Source of the DNA: a virus
Lineage: Duplodnaviria > Caudoviricetes
IMG/VR virus record: IMGVR_UViG_3300037418_002142
Span: 4,183 to 68,182 of that record
Reading direction: 5' to 3' (one strand)
Length of the DNA: 64,000 nucleotides
The position numbers were made by a program, and so were the translations under genes. Under the pieces are notes generated by a model. That model ran no database searches. It saw only the letters and a list, made by a program, of their open reading frames with translations, and was not told the DNA's origin. This document shows, in pieces, positions 63,818-64,000 of the stretch. Each line of letters opens with the position of its first letter. Within the stretch, counting starts at the first letter, position 1.

Positions 63818-64000
63818 TGCTAACTCGCATTCGCAACTTCTTCAAGCACAAGTCGCAGAAAACTCCGATCGTCACCGAAAAGCCCAAGTCGCGAGCTGAC
63901 AAGTATCGGTTCATGCAGGAGCGACTCGACCAGCAACGAGAACTCGCGCAGCAGCAAGCTCAGGAGTTCATCGACGCCATCAACCGCGCTTGCAAGAACG
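63817..64000 (+). CDS. N-terminus of probable portal protein (truncated by window end)
   Basis: Open frame to the window end; sits after terL and before the protease, where the portal is expected; no diagnostic motif visible. Confidence 0.45.
   Translation, partial: MLTRIRNFFKHKSQKTPIVTEKPKSRADKYRFMQERLDQQRELAQQQAQEFIDAINRACKN

Noticed and set aside
1-64000. Lysogeny module (integrase, CI repressor, ParA) or alternative genetic code
   Set aside because: No recombinase or CI/S24 motifs were seen, and genes tile densely under the standard code with all three stops used.

Overview
The window is most of one tailed-phage genome (GC-rich, probably from a Gram-negative host), cut inside the prohead protease gene at the left end and inside the probable portal gene at the right end. 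Positions 1-25.6 kb and 60.2-64 kb on the + strand are the late region. It holds terminase, a Bcep781/OP2-type contractile-tail virion module and lysis genes, then a cysteine protease, a lipase and two signal-peptide-bearing fibre/lectin proteins. Positions 25.7-59.7 kb on the - strand are the early/middle region, with a primase-helicase, family A polymerase, SNF2 helicase, nucleases, a MoxR AAA pair and many small ORFs. No integrase, repressor, CRISPR array or complete tRNA was seen. The best candidate for a new system is a translationally coupled thymidine-hypermodification cluster at 26.9-32.7 kb. It combines a dUMP hydroxymethylase-type enzyme and an aGPT-Pplase1/5-hmdU DNA kinase-family protein with a T4 beta-glucosyltransferase-like enzyme and a PAPS-type sulfotransferase. 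I found none of the amino-acid transferase, radical SAM or PLP enzymes of the characterised M6/ViI pathways, which suggests a glycosylated and/or sulfated hmU base (inference). Other notable items are a tRNA-mimic RNA, a second multibranch RNA, four duplications of stop/start junctions, a likely replication origin, and inserted surface domains in virion proteins. All family calls come from motif recognition by eye, not database searches.
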